Shown: positions 1-15,594, numbered from the stretch's first letter. The stretch is DNA of 64,000 nt from Octopus vulgaris (GCA_951406725.2 OX597819.1:24676001-24740000), one strand, 5' to 3'. Translations and numbers: made by a program. Notes: a model not told the origin generated them from the letters alone.

Positions 1-87
1 TGTTATGTCCGTTAAAAGGCAAGGGGGGCGAATAGATGTAAGAAATAACTGCTCTAAGCTGCGTTTACTTATCCGTCTTTCACCCAG

Positions 88-154
<67 letters not shown>

Positions 155-344
155 GTTTCCATCTCTTCCTCATCCCCTCTCCCTCCCCCTATGTATTATA
201 TACACATATATATGCACATACATATATATATATACACGTACATATAAATGTTATAAATGTATATGAACGTACGTGTATATATGCATATAGATTTGAAGAA
301 AAATTATAAAAATGGCTTTTCTGATAATTTTTTTCATTTTAATA

Positions 345-545
345 ACTCTCTTTTTACTCTTTTATTTGTTTCAGTCATTTGACTGCGGCCATGCTGGAGC
401 ACCGCCTTTTAGTCGAGCAAATCGACCCCGGGACTTATTCTTTTGTAAGCCCAGTACTTATTCTATCGGTCTCTTTTGTCAAACCGGTAAGTGACGGGGA
501 CGTAAACACACCAGCATCGCTTGTCAAGCAATGCTAGGGGGACAA

Positions 546-598
<53 letters not shown>

Positions 599-760
599 TA
601 TATAAGACAGGCTTCTATCAGTTTCCGTCTATCAAATCCACTCACAAGGCATTGGTCGGCCCGGGGCTATAGCAGAAGACACTTGCCCAAGATGCTACGC
701 AGTGGGACTGAACCCGGAACCATGTGATTGGTAAGCAAGCTTTTTACCACACATCCACTT
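345..760 (-). mobile_element. SINE family A (tRNA-like head, CORE-like block, internal microsatellite, hairpin tail)
   Basis: Reverse complement of the family A consensus seen at 35142-35552: GTTCAGTCCCACTGCG...CTTGGGCAAGTGTCTT, internal (TA)n(TG)n, tail GGTGCTCCAGCATGGCCGCAGTCAAATGACTGAAAC. Confidence 0.9.
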
Positions 761-906
761 ATATAAGATGTATATAAATTATAAATATAAATATAAATTA
801 TAGATATCCAAGTATTAAATTGGAAAAATTATCAGAAAAGCCATTTCTATTTATTTTCTCAAATGCATAATACTGTACCAAGGACATTCTATTTCTTATT
901 TTACTA

Positions 907-944
<38 letters not shown>

Positions 945-948
945 CACA

Positions 949-1135
<187 letters not shown>

Positions 1136-1330
1136 CGTGAAACTCTGAGTTCGTGAATTTTTTCATCTTCATTATGTATGTATGTATTTATGTATTTATG
1201 CATGTATGTATGTATTTATGTATGTATGTATGTATGTATTTATGTATGTATGTATGTATGTATGTATTTATGTATGTATGTATGTATTTATGTATGTATG
1301 TATGTATGTATCTATCTATCTATCTAGTTA

Positions 1331-1389
<59 letters not shown>

Positions 1390-1637
1390 TTAAATAATGA
1401 GGCTGATAAATTGAATATTAATTTAATTAACATCAATTTAAATCCAGTAGCCTAGTATATAGAAAAATCTGAAAATTCAGAACAATTTTAAAGATGCGTA
1501 TAATAGAGATAACCACTAAGTGGACATCCAATATGCTAGAAGAAGATCTACTATGATCTAACTACAAAGAAAACAATGTTCTCTAGAGAAATTCAGCAAA
1601 CACCTTAGTGGTCATTCCTATTATACGTATGTATGTG

Positions 1638-1670
<33 letters not shown>

Positions 1671-1744
1671 ATGTGTGTGTGTGTGTGTGTGTGTATGTGT
1701 GTGTGTTTGTGTGTGTGTGTGTGTATACACATACATATAAGCCT

Positions 1745-1955
1745 CCAACTGGAAGTCACTGTACTGTTCCAAATGTCCCAGTTATCTCGTCTAAAGTGAG
1801 GACTATGTGCTGCAATAGCTTGGGATTCAAGAGCCCACAGCTATGTGACGTCTTGCCAAAGCATCTGAGATATCTGCATGGAATAGGGGCAGGTGTATTT
1901 AAGAAACAACTTGATCTCCTGCTACCCAAGATCCCAGACGAACCTATATCAAAGC
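1745..1955 (+). pseudogene. 3' end fragment of a CR1/Jockey-group LINE ORF2
   Basis: Translation NSLGFKSPQLCDVLPKHLR...GVFKKQLDLLLPKIPDEP matches the typical C-terminus of these ORF2 proteins (GPxLFNxLP...FKxxLDxxLxxIPD). Confidence 0.7.
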
Positions 1956-1985
1956 AGAAGCATACTCTAAGATGTAGAGCAATGT

Positions 1986-2063
1986 ATATCTTAAAGGGGA
2001 AGTCCGGTTAACGGTCGGGAAACCCGGGGTAATCCTATATACCGGCCTTCCCTTCAAGATATA
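1986..2063. mobile_element. Tiny inverted-repeat element (possible Kolobok-type MITE)
   Basis: Left arm TATATCTTAAAGGGGAAGTCCGGT pairs imperfectly with right arm ACCGGCCTTCCCTTCAAGATATA; termini TTAA-AGG...CCT-TCAA. Confidence 0.4.
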
Positions 2064-2185
2064 TATATATATCGTTACACAGATTTTTGTTTTGTATGTG
2101 TGTGTATGTGTGTGTGTGTGTGTCTGTCTGTCTGTCTGTTTGTGTGTGTGTGTGTATGTGTGTGTGTGTGTTTGTGTGTGTATGC

Positions 2186-2560
2186 ATGGGCAAGTGTGTT
2201 TTGTTATAGCCTTCGACTGACCAAAGCTTTGTGAATGGGTATAGCAGACCGAAACTGAAAGAAGCCCATCGTATATGCACACATTCACAGACACACGTAT
2301 ACACACGCAAATTAGCATATAAATATACACACACACACGCACAAATAGCTATATGTGTACATACATATGTGTGAGTCTTTTATGTTTGTGTATGAACCAC
2401 CATCGCTTGACAACTGGAGTTGGTTTATTTAAGTTCGGCAAGAGACGGTAGAATAAGTACCATGCTAAAAACTAGTTAGTAGGTCATTTGTTCGTCTAAA
2501 ACATTCCAGGGCGTTGCACTATCATGGTCGTGGTCTAATGGACTGAAACAATTAAAAGAG
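2186..2560 (+). mobile_element. SINE family A, degenerate and 5'-truncated
   Basis: GGGCAAGTGTG...GAAACTGAAAGAAGCCCATCG, internal microsatellite, decayed tail GACTGAAACAATTAAAAGAG. Confidence 0.75.
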
Positions 2561-2721
2561 AAAATTTTTACACACACACACGCACACATACACACACATA
2601 CACACATATTAAATAAGAAGGAAAATGTACACACTTAACATAGTTTTAATATATTTTCTAATATATTTTATATTGTGTTTGTCTACTGGTTTCGCTTTCA
2701 CTAATTATGACATTGAAATTA

Positions 2722-2940
2722 TCTTATTTCTTTATTGTCCACAGGGAGCTAAACATAGAGGGGACAAACAAGGACAGACAAAGGGATTAAGTCGATTACA
2801 TCGACCCCTGTGGTTAACTGGTACTTATTTTAATCGACCCCGAAAAGATGAAAAGCAAAGTCGACCTCGGCGGAATTTGAACTCAGAACGTAACGGCAGA
2901 CGAAATACCACTAGGCATTTCGCCCGGCGTGCTAACGTTT
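2722..2940 (-). mobile_element. SINE family B, tail type 1
   Basis: Reverse complement of GAAACGTTAGCACGCCGGGCGAAATG...GAGTTCAAATTCCGCCGAGGTCGACTTTG...; flanked by CATTGAAA at 2711 and 2941. Confidence 0.9.
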
Positions 2941-3891
2941 CATTGAAAATTCTTACTTTTTAAGGACTTTTGTCTATTTTGTGTGTAGAGAAGTTGGTGA
3001 ATGAATGATTCAACAAGTAAAAAAAAATCTAAGGGGGTGTAATTGGTGATCATTACTACTGGGGACAGGGGAGGTAATAGCTCATCTTTTGAGGAGGGGA
3101 TGAATAAATATACACAAAACATCGAAAGCTAAAGTAGTGAGATGAAATATGTACAGTGATGGGTATGTGATCATGAATTAAAAATATATACTGAGATCAA
3201 AGTTGGTTCTGTATATTTAGACGTCTTTTGTCTATGGACAAATTTTCTTTATTTAAACGTTCTTGTATAGAAATTGGTTCTTTGCACCGGTAGATGGAGA
3301 TAACTGTGAAGTTTGGCTGCACCTCTCTCTATGTGCTCACTCAAAGGAATCTGTCAGTATTGCGGGAACCAGATCTGTTCCTTATGTATTGTGATTCTCC
3401 GTCTCTGTCATACTTGTCTGTCCTATATAATTATGTCCACAACCTGAGCAAGTTATAACATAAATTAGATTCTCAGAAGCACAATAGAAGTTGGTTTTAA
3501 TCGCGAACCTCTCTCCTTGTTTAAATAGCAATTCCGAGCCTTCCAGTAGGTTGGAACATGTTCCGCAGTTTGGGCGTTTATATTTTTTAACTGTTGGCTT
3601 CGTGGTTGTTGTGTAATACTTCTCATTTGTTAGAAGTCTTTTCTTAGAAGCGATTTGTGTTGCTTTTTGCATTTGATGAATTTATGTGTTTTCAGAATGT
3701 TGTTCATTTTTGGATCTTTAGTTAGCATAGGTAAATGTTATACAATAGTGTTGTATGTCTCATTGTTTCTAGGGTTGTGAGTTGATATGTGCTGTAGTGT
3801 TTTGAGATAAGGTGTTATTTTTTTTTGCCCTTAGTGTTTTAATGTTTAATTTCTTAGCACGTTTAATTCCATCGTCTATAAGTGAGGGTGA

Positions 3892-4270
3892 GAGGCGCAA
3901 TGGCCCAGTGGTTAGGGCAGCGGACTCGCGGTCGTCGGATCGCGGTTTCGATTCCCAGACCGGGCGTTGTGAGTGTTTATTGAGCGAAAACACCTAAAGC
4001 TCCACGAGGCTCCGGCAGGGATGGTGGTGATCCCTGCTGTACTCTTTCACCACAACTTTCTCTCACTCTTACTTCCTGTTTCTGTTGTACCTGCATTTCA
4101 AAGGGCCGGCCTTGTCACTCTCTGTGTCACGCTGAATATCCCCGAGAACTACGTTAAGGGTACACGTGTCTGTGGAGTGCTCAGCCACTTACACGTTAAT
4201 TTCACGAGCAGGCTGTTCCGTTGATCGGATCAACCGGAACCGTCGTCGTCGTAACCGACGGAGTGCTTCC
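3892..4270 (+). mobile_element. SINE family C, full length
   Basis: A-box TGGCCCAGTGG, B-box GGTTTCGATTCCC; 12-bp TSD AAGTGAGGGTGA at 3880-3891 and 4271-4282; near-identical to copies at 36182, 41193 and 50577. Confidence 0.95.
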
Positions 4271-4549
4271 AAGTGAGGGTGAATATTGTCTTTCAGTTAG
4301 TATTGTTCTGAAGTTTTGAAGGTGAAGGTCCTGAGTATTTCTATCAGATACTATTGTGCAAATCCTTTTTGCTAAATTAAAGGGGTGTTTCAGGTGGCAT
4401 GAACTAAACAGGAGATATTGCTTTGAGTCCTTTGATTTGAGATAAATGTCAGTTATAATTTGGTCGTTGACTTTTTTTATCATAATATCCAAGAAAGGGA
4501 GCTGTTCTTTGCTATATTCCATTGTAAATTGAATGTTAGGCTTTATATT

Positions 4550-4756
4550 GTTTTCTACTCTAGGCACAAAGCCCGAAACTGTTAGGGAGGGGACCAGTCG
4601 ATTAGATCGACCCTAGTACGCAACTAGTACTTAACTTATCGATCCCGAAAGAATGACAGGCAAAGTCGGCGGAATTTGAACTCAGAACATAAAAACAGAC
4701 GAAATAACGCTAAGCATTTCACCCGGCGGCTAACGTTTCTGCCAGCTCGCCGCCTT
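4550..4756 (-). mobile_element. SINE family B, tail type 2
   Basis: Family B head and body; 16-bp TSD TGTTAGGCTTTATATT at 4534-4549 and 4757-4772, inside the Penelope RT. Confidence 0.92.
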
Positions 4757-5208
4757 TGTTAGGCTTTATATTATTTAATATTGATTCAAATTTCAAAAGT
4801 TTACCAATGGTCTCCTTCCAAAAGATAAAGCAATCATCCAGGTTTCTTTTCTAGTTCTCTCTTATATAATGGTGGGCGAATTCCAAATATTAGGTTCGCA
4901 AAGACAGGGCTACTTTCATTTCCATCGCAATTTCACATTTTTGACGATAGTTGGTGTCATCAAATGGGAAATAATAGTTCTGAAGTATTAATTTTTAAAG
5001 TTTCAATAATGAAAACCTGGTTTCTGCGCTCTGGAAGTACTTTAGGTTAATTTTCCAACCAGAATTTTATTGCTTCTATTCCATAGCCATGCGGGATGTT
5101 GAGGGTAAAGATTAATAACATCGAAGGAAACCAATAACGTCTCTTCATTGTTTTTGGTAGGTGCTCATGCATGTCTAGATCGTCTTTAATGAAACGTTTG
5201 ATGTATCT

Positions 5209-5279
<71 letters not shown>

Positions 5280-5364
5280 CTCTACTTGTTCCACGTCCTC
5301 GCGTTGCTGTGTTTTCTCTTTATGTTTTCATGTTTGGATTAACTATATATATATATATATATAT

Positions 5365-5654
5365 ATTTAAGTATATAAATGAATTATCTTATTACGGATA
5401 ATTCGAAAGATAACCGATACCTGGGTAGCAAATTCACAACAGAAAGAACACGGTTGAAGTTACGACCATAGGGCATATACTCCGTGCGTTAGTGCGGAAA
5501 TTTGAAGTCTAATTTAATATAATAAGTATAGGAAAGAATGGAGCTGAGCGAAGATTTAACAAAATTCCTTCGAAACATATGTCGAAAATAAAATAAAGGA
5601 ATTTTGTTAAATCTTCGCTCAGCTCCATTCTTTCCTATACTTATTATATTAAAT
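5365..5654. repeat. AT-rich module with a perfect 59-bp fold-back (probable Penelope terminal-repeat relic); opposite-strand relative at 8325-8590
   Basis: Arms 5512-5570 and 5596-5654 are exact reverse complements; the loop holds GAAACATATGTC; flanked by (TA)n. Confidence 0.7.
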
Positions 5655-5853
5655 ATATATATGTACATACTCTATATAAATATCTTTTCTTTTATTAGTT
5701 TCAGCTCGAGAGCTGCGGCCATACTGGGGCACCGCTGCGAGCTTTGCTAAACCTTCACTGCATGAAACCTCCTCTGATATGCGGCATTTGGTGAATGAGG
5801 GAATTTGGTGTTGCTTCCCCACTTCCACACACACAAACACATTCACACAGGAG

Positions 5854-5921
<68 letters not shown>

Positions 5922-6360
5922 TATACATATATACATATATATATATGCATATATACAGATATATAGACATACAAACATATATACACATTTATATATACAT
6001 ACATACATACATATACATGTCCAAACATTCATACATACATGCATATATATATTTATATATTTTATTTTATTTATGTTATTCCCACAATACTTAACGCACG
6101 ACAGAGGGCGCAGTCATTTGCACAGGAACCGGAAGGAGTAAACATGTAGTTAAGTGTTCTTCCTTTGTTAATTTTGTTTACTAGATTCATTTACTCGCCT
6201 TATTCATTAAATTTATAACATATTCAGAGGTTTTTGCTTTTTGAATATTATTAACTTACCTTTGACAGAGAAATGGTAATTTATACTTGTATAGATGGGG
6301 ATAAATCTTACAATAAATTAATAATTCATGTAATGTTTATATAGATAAACATATAGATAT

Positions 6361-6526
6361 AGGCGCAGGAGTGGCTGTGTGGTAAGTAGCTTGCTTAACA
6401 ACCACATTGTACCGGGTTCAGTCCCACTGCGTGGCACCTTGGGCAAGTGTCTTCTACTATAGTCTCGGGCCGACCAAAGCCTTGTGAGTGGATTTGATAG
6501 ACAGAAACTGAAAGAAGCCCGTCGTA

Positions 6527-6578
<52 letters not shown>

Positions 6579-6800
6579 TGTATGTTTGTGTGTCTGTGTT
6601 TGTCCCCCTAGCATTGTTTGACAGCCGATGCTGGTGTGTTTATGTCCCCGTCACTTACCGGTTCGGCAAAAGAGACTGATAGAAAAAGTGCTGGGCTTAC
6701 AAAGAATAAGTCCCGGGGTCAAGTTGCTCGACTAAAGAGGTGCTCCAGCATGGCCGCAGTCAACTGATTAAAACAAGTAAAAGAGTAAAGAGTAAGAGAG
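6361..6800 (+). mobile_element. SINE family A, full length
   Basis: GGCGCAGGAGTGGCTGTGTGGTAAG head, GTTCAGTCCC B-box-like motif, CCTTGGGCAAG, internal (TA)n, AAGAGTA tail repeats. Confidence 0.93.
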
Positions 6801-7083
6801 ATAGGCGGTGGAATTTGATGTGTTTATAAAATAGTCGATGAGGGTTTCTTTGTGTTTAGCACTTTATATATATCGGTATTGTATTTTTAGGTGTTTAATT
6901 TTATTAATTTTTTATTAATTTTTTGATTATCTCATTTAAAAATTTTTTAAATTTGTAATTTTTAAAATATATATATTTTTATATATTTTTATTATATTTT
7001 TATTCACATTCTTATTTTTCTATTGAATATATCTTAGAATATGTAGTTTTAAGTTCGATCCGTTAATAATAACAAGAAAAATA

Positions 7084-7164
7084 GCCTGAGGACGCACTGA
7101 TGGATTTATGTATTAGGTATAGACTGTTTAAACAAACCACCAGCGCAGAAACACGTGTAGCGTT
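7084..7164 (+). ncRNA. Degenerate minimal type I hammerhead ribozyme motif
   Basis: CTGAGGA (7086-7092), stem II CGCACTGATGG/CCACCAGCGCA (8 of 11 pairs), GAAAC-ACGT-GTA with a palindromic stem III; stem I weak. Confidence 0.6.
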
Positions 7165-8104
7165 GATTAAAATTATCTTCTTTCCTCACAGACTAATAAC
7201 AGGTTAAGGTATATCTATTTTTCAAATATTTTAAAAATAAGTTTTAAATTATTTTTATAGAACTTTAATTTTATTGTACTTTATAGTAGGCTTTAAAATG
7301 CTTATATCATTATATTGGATATGACTTTGTATGTTGTCCTGAAATAGGAGTTGTGGTTCTATTGGTAAAATCACAAATTTCTAATTATATATAATACACA
7401 AACAGCGGCTTTGGTCAGTCTGGTGCTACAGTAGGGGAACTTGCTCAATGTGGGATTGAACCTAAAAGTACATGGTTGCGAAGCGAGCTTCTTAATCATA
7501 CAGCCATGCCTGCATCTATTTTGCACAATCACTGTCCTGCCACCGGTGAATGAAAAGTCCAACATCTCGGTCACCAGTCAGCTTTTTGCTGTGTGACAAC
7601 TTTATGCTGATGACCTCTTCATACTGGTGACCTTAATTTTGCTGCGTGACTTCTTTATACTGCTGACCTCATTTATATTTGCATGACCTCTTTAAACAAC
7701 TATGACTATGCTAAAAAGTCAGGTTTTCTTTGCAGCCATATTTCAACTAATTATTTTTCAACGCCAAACTAAACATTTAATGGTGACCTCCATCAATTAT
7801 CTCAGCCGTCAATAAGCTATGGAAAGTGACCATTTCCGAGTCAACCGATCATTTCCTAGCTGACTTGAATACTTAATAAGTATGACACTAATTATCTCAA
7901 CATACAGCAGCAGCTCGGTGAATGTATAAATTGGTGGCAAAACAGACGAATGCATATAATATCCGGTATATTTAGCTTGAAGTTCCCTTCACCGTCGAAT
8001 TTTTTTTTATCTCTTTAAAGATCTTAAGCTGTTGCAATCTACAAAAGAAGACTTCAATTATTTAAAGTATTCCATTTGTCGTTGCCCACCACTGATATAT
8101 GTAT

Positions 8105-8183
<79 letters not shown>

Positions 8184-8591
8184 TACATACACACACATAT
8201 ATATGTGTATGTATATATATATACCAGGTGGTGCTATTAAGTTAGACATGGCCTGGGCCAATAATGACCGAAACCTATCAAAGTATCAAATTATCAAAGT
8301 ATATATATATATATATATATATATGAAAGAATGAAGCTGAACGACGAATTAACAAAATTCGTTTATTTTCGACATATGTTTCGAAGGCTGCATATTCCTA
8401 ATTGCGAAGGAATAAGGAGTACATTATTTCATATATTTATAATTTTAAAATAAACATACAAATTTCCACACGAAAGCACGTAATCCATGCCCTAGGCACG
8501 TAACTTCAACCCTGTTTTTTCTGATGTGAATTTGCTACCCAGGTATCGGTTAACTCGAATTATCCTTAATAAGATAATTCATTCAACTACT

Positions 8592-8631
<40 letters not shown>

Positions 8632-8679
8632 CATACATATTTATATATATATCTTTCTATCTATCTTTCTATCTATCAA

Positions 8680-8965
8680 TTTTTAGTCGGACGAATTCAT
8701 CCCTGTGCTTATTTTTAAGACTGTTGCTTATTCTGCAGGTCTCTTTTGCAGAAATGTTTAGTTATGGTGACAATTATACACACATGCGCGCGCACGCACA
8801 CTCACACGACAGGCTGTTTTCAGTTTCTGTCTACCAAATCCACTCGCAAGGCTCTTGTCGACCCGTGGCTATAGCAGAAGGGAACACTTGCCCAAAGTAC
8901 CACGCCGGAGGACTGAACCCGGAACCATGTGGTTGGGAAGCAAGCTTCTTACCACACAGCCACGA
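8680..8965 (-). mobile_element. SINE family A, degenerate
   Basis: ACACTTGCCCAA...GGACTGAACCCGGAACCATGTGGTTGG...TACCACACAGCCAC. Confidence 0.8.
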
Positions 8966-10075
8966 TTGAAAGAAAATTAAATTACGAAAAAAAAATACAG
9001 CTCTAATAATTATTAGAGTCAACATAACGAAAGTCTTTCATATATTACAATAAAATATTTGTAACGAATGATATTAGTTAATTCCCCACGGACTCTTTAT
9101 TAATGATTTGTATGTTCCCATAATACATATTCACGCTGTTGCAACCTTAGCCATTATAAGTTAAGTCATGTAACGTTTGTTTTTCTTTTCCTTATTTTCC
9201 TTTTTGTTCAGTCACAAAAGGATGACCCCGGCGGATTTTGAACTCAGAGCGGAAATAGCGTGAGGTATTTTAGCAAACGCTCTACCGACTTTGTCAGTTG
9301 GTTGGTCAGGACTTAAACAACAACAACAACAACAACAACAATTGTAAACAGAGCATTGAGTCCAACGGCGCTTTACTGATTTTGCCTCTCCGCTTCTTAC
9401 ACCATGTCACCGACCTTCCAATTAGCGGTAATTATTTATTTCTATATGATTAGCCAGGAGATTAACATTATCAATCACTAGTATGTGACACCGATATATT
9501 AAATGTTAAACTACAACATGCTCTCTCTTGTAATGCAATGCATCGAATAAAAATAATCCCTCATCTCATTATCAACGGGAAATAAGGAGATTGTCATGTT
9601 ACTTCAAAATGTCTGCCATCAAAAGAATTACGAAGATTAAGGTTGGCTTCTTTTTCACAGGATACAAATACGACCGCTACGAAGATCCATTAAAGTATTG
9701 CATCCCTATCTGACTTATAGTTGAAGTAATTCGAAGAGATAAGACTTCAGCTTATGATTGGTAACGTAAATTGTGTGGCGTAGGAAGAGGCGGTTAGCAG
9801 AACGCGAGCGAGCGAGACAGATGTGGAGTCCAGCTAAGGCTTTACCTAATATTAAACTATAATATAATTATTTTTTGTAATAACGCCCGAACACGCAAAT
9901 GTCTACTCTGCTAATACAAAAACACATACATACACGCGCATACAAACACGCACGCATACACACACACATACAAAGAAACAATACATACAGACAGACACAC
10001 GCATACATGCAAACGTACATACATACACATAGATCAGGCGCATGTCGTACATAGACACATACAAACCCACAACAG

Positions 10076-10211
<136 letters not shown>

Positions 10212-10218
10212 TATATAT

Positions 10219-10258
10219 ATACGGTATCCACCAGGATAACTTTTCCCTTTTATACAAC

Positions 10259-10303
<45 letters not shown>

Positions 10304-10378
10304 CACATATATACATATATATATATGTGTGTGCGTGTGTTGTATAAAAGGGATAAGTTATCCTGGTGGATACCGTAT
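10219..10378. repeat. Fold-back (about 54-bp arms) around a CA/TA microsatellite
   Basis: ACGGTATCCACCAGGATAACTTTTCCCTTTTATACAACAC versus GTGTTGTATAAAAGGGATAAGTTATCCTGGTGGATACCGT, one mismatch. Confidence 0.85.
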
Positions 10379-10655
10379 CATCTCTCAAATTGGTATAGAT
10401 GCCGGCTATCCGGTTATCCACAACAGTCCATTACATAGTACTCAAGCTTAAAGGAGATACTGGTACTGGTAAATGTCACTCGTTGGGTAATTCCGTACTC
10501 CTGCTCAGAACTGCACATATTCCGTAGAGTATATATACATACAGGGAATGGGAGCGCTAAGCTGTGGTGTACATATAAATACAAACTTGTTGCTAGAGAA
10601 CGCTATATCATATTTTCTCGTAGAGAAAATTTCTCACGTTGCCGTTTCCGGTATT

Positions 10656-10701
10656 TGATGCTGAGAAGGAGATAACCACTCCGAAATGAATGCATCCATC
10701 A
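10656..10701 (+). ncRNA. Hammerhead ribozyme-like motif with one core deviation
   Basis: Stem I TGATG/CATCA, core CTGAGAA (canonical CUGANGA), stem II GGAG/CTCC, GAAA, stem III TG-AATG-CA, AUC cleavage triplet. Confidence 0.6.
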
Positions 10702-10813
10702 GCCTGATTAGAGGGTGCTACAATATGGCTCGGTGTGTAGAGTGAGACATATTCTGCATGACAAAATTCAATGATAGGCTTTCTTACGGGTTCGAATATG
10801 TCCCAGGCATATT

Positions 10814-10879
<66 letters not shown>

Positions 10880-10882
<3 letters not shown>

Positions 10883-11236
10883 AATATTAGGGAATAAATC
10901 CAAATTTACAGGGAAAAATCAGATTTAGGATTGAATCCAATTTTATAGTAAAATATTATATAATATTAATTAGAAACAGAACCACTATTATGCAAATCAA
11001 ACAAAGAAAGACTTAATCCAATACATAAAAAATTTTATATAAATTAAATAAAATTAAGTTATCCATTACAATTGTTTCTTGTCACTTCTAAGGACATTCA
11101 TCAGGTGGTTTTCAGACCTTCTATTCAATTTTAAAATTGAATAGAAGGTCTGAAAACCACCTGATGAATATGTATTGGATTAAGTCTTTCTTTGTTTGAT
11201 TTGCATAATAGTGGTTCTGTCTCTAATTAATATTAT
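10880..11236. repeat. Fold-back module (probable Penelope terminal-repeat derivative) with a 74-bp perfect palindrome
   Basis: 11096-11169 is a perfect palindrome; 10957-11025 is inverted at 11170-11236; (TA)n on both sides. Confidence 0.8.
11061..11111 (-). ncRNA. Minimal type I hammerhead ribozyme motif
   Basis: Minus strand reads AACCAC-CTGATGA-ATGTC-CTTAGAAGT-GACAA-GAAAC-AATT-GTA-ATGGAT: intact core, stem II TGTC/GACA, palindromic ACAATTGT stem III. Confidence 0.7.
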
Positions 11237-11897
11237 ATATATATGTATGTGTGTGTGTGTGTGTGTGTGTGTCTATGTATGTAAGTATGTATGTATGTAT
11301 GTACATATTTCTATATATATATATATATATACATACATATGTACATATTTCTATATATATACATATATGTTTCATCATATACATGTATACACATATATAT
11401 TATCTTACGAAGTGTATATATCCTAGATGAATAGGTCGTCTGATAAATAGATTAAACGATTAATCGATATGTAGATAGACAGATAGATAGGCAGATAAGC
11501 AGGCAGATGTATATTACTGCCAGATGTATATTACTGCATATCTCTCCCGCCTTCACTCCAGAGAGTAGAGTCTTAGCTGTTTCAGCCTTACTCAGTAGCT
11601 GCGCTGTTGCAAAGAGACGATCTTCTTTGTGTACCTTCAAAGGATTGCTTCAAGGTTGGCTGTTAATTTTACTCTGTGGGGTGACCATAGTTGGAAGCAG
11701 TAGTCTAGAAGGGTGAGGACGAATGTCCTCCAGAGGACCATCATGGTTTCCTTCTCTCTGGTTCTGACTTCAGTCTCCAAGTTTTCCAGCTATGTCGAGA
11801 TCGCGCCGTTTGTGGTATATCATACCATGATCAACTTCATCAACTTGATTTCAACCTCCGTAAGAAGTGAAAATTCTTGACTTTTTTCGCATACTAG

Positions 11898-11944
<47 letters not shown>

Positions 11945-12109
11945 AATATTTTTTAATGTTTTTTTTTTTTTTAGTTTCATTTTTTTCGTTTTGGCATTAT
12001 TCTAAGTGTACAGCCTGTTTCCTTTTTCTACTGTTGCTTCTACGAGGCTCGATCTCTTTCGGTGCTGATATCTCAGACATGTCATAACAGACTTAGATTG
12101 GTATTTCCT

Positions 12110-14926
<2,817 letters not shown>

Positions 14927-15265
14927 ATACTACTACTACTACTACATAAACCCGATGATTGCATGACGCATGAAAGTACTAGTTCTTTCACAATAAATAT
15001 ATAATATTCTGTTATAAAACTGTCAAATTGTAGAAATTATAAATTATAAAACTTTAAAAGCAGACTAGGCTAGAATTTTATTGCTTAGTATATTCTTCTG
15101 TACACACACGCCTGCGCGTGCACATACACATACACACACACACAGATATATGTATGTATGTATGTATGATTTTAAGTGGGTAAGTTTCGGCATGTCAAAC
15201 CTATTCATTCTTCATAGCAGATATATGACTGAACGGCAATAGTTGTCTATCAATCACTCAATCAG

Positions 15266-15307
<42 letters not shown>

Positions 15308-15327
15308 TATGTATCTATCCATCAATC

Positions 15328-15377
<50 letters not shown>

Positions 15378-15520
15378 CGTGTGTATCTATTTTGTGTATA
15401 TGTATATTTTAGTTTCCCTGTGTGTTTGCTCAAGTAACATGGAACATAGCGATGTCTTTATGCGCAACATATCAAGAATGAAACTTCCACCACTAAACAT
15501 AGTTCCAAAGCCCCTGCCCC

Positions 15521-15594
<74 letters not shown>

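Larger units (their letters stand above)
3180..5215 (-). pseudogene. Decayed Penelope-like element ORF (RT + GIY-YIG endonuclease), interrupted by two SINEs
   Basis: Minus-strand peptides NIPHGYGIEAIKFWL, RNLDDCFIFW (RYLDD motif, about 4820-4850), IQFTMEYSKEQLPFLDIMI and CGTC...NLIYVITCSGCGHNYIGQT (PLE zinc linker + GIY-YIG); frameshifts and stops throughout. Confidence 0.9.

Noticed and set aside
3892-3965. tRNA genes at SINE heads (also 29442, 34735, 41193 and 53148)
   Set aside because: A/B boxes are present, but I see no proper acceptor stem and most continue into SINE bodies, several with TSDs.
3973-4224. Recurrent ORF MVVIPAVLFHHNF... as a small gene family
   Set aside because: Lies wholly within SINE C; recurrence reflects copy identity.
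11500-11900. 3' LTR of the Gypsy element
   Set aside because: No matching second copy near 14900-15100 and no clear TG...CA ends or primer-binding site.
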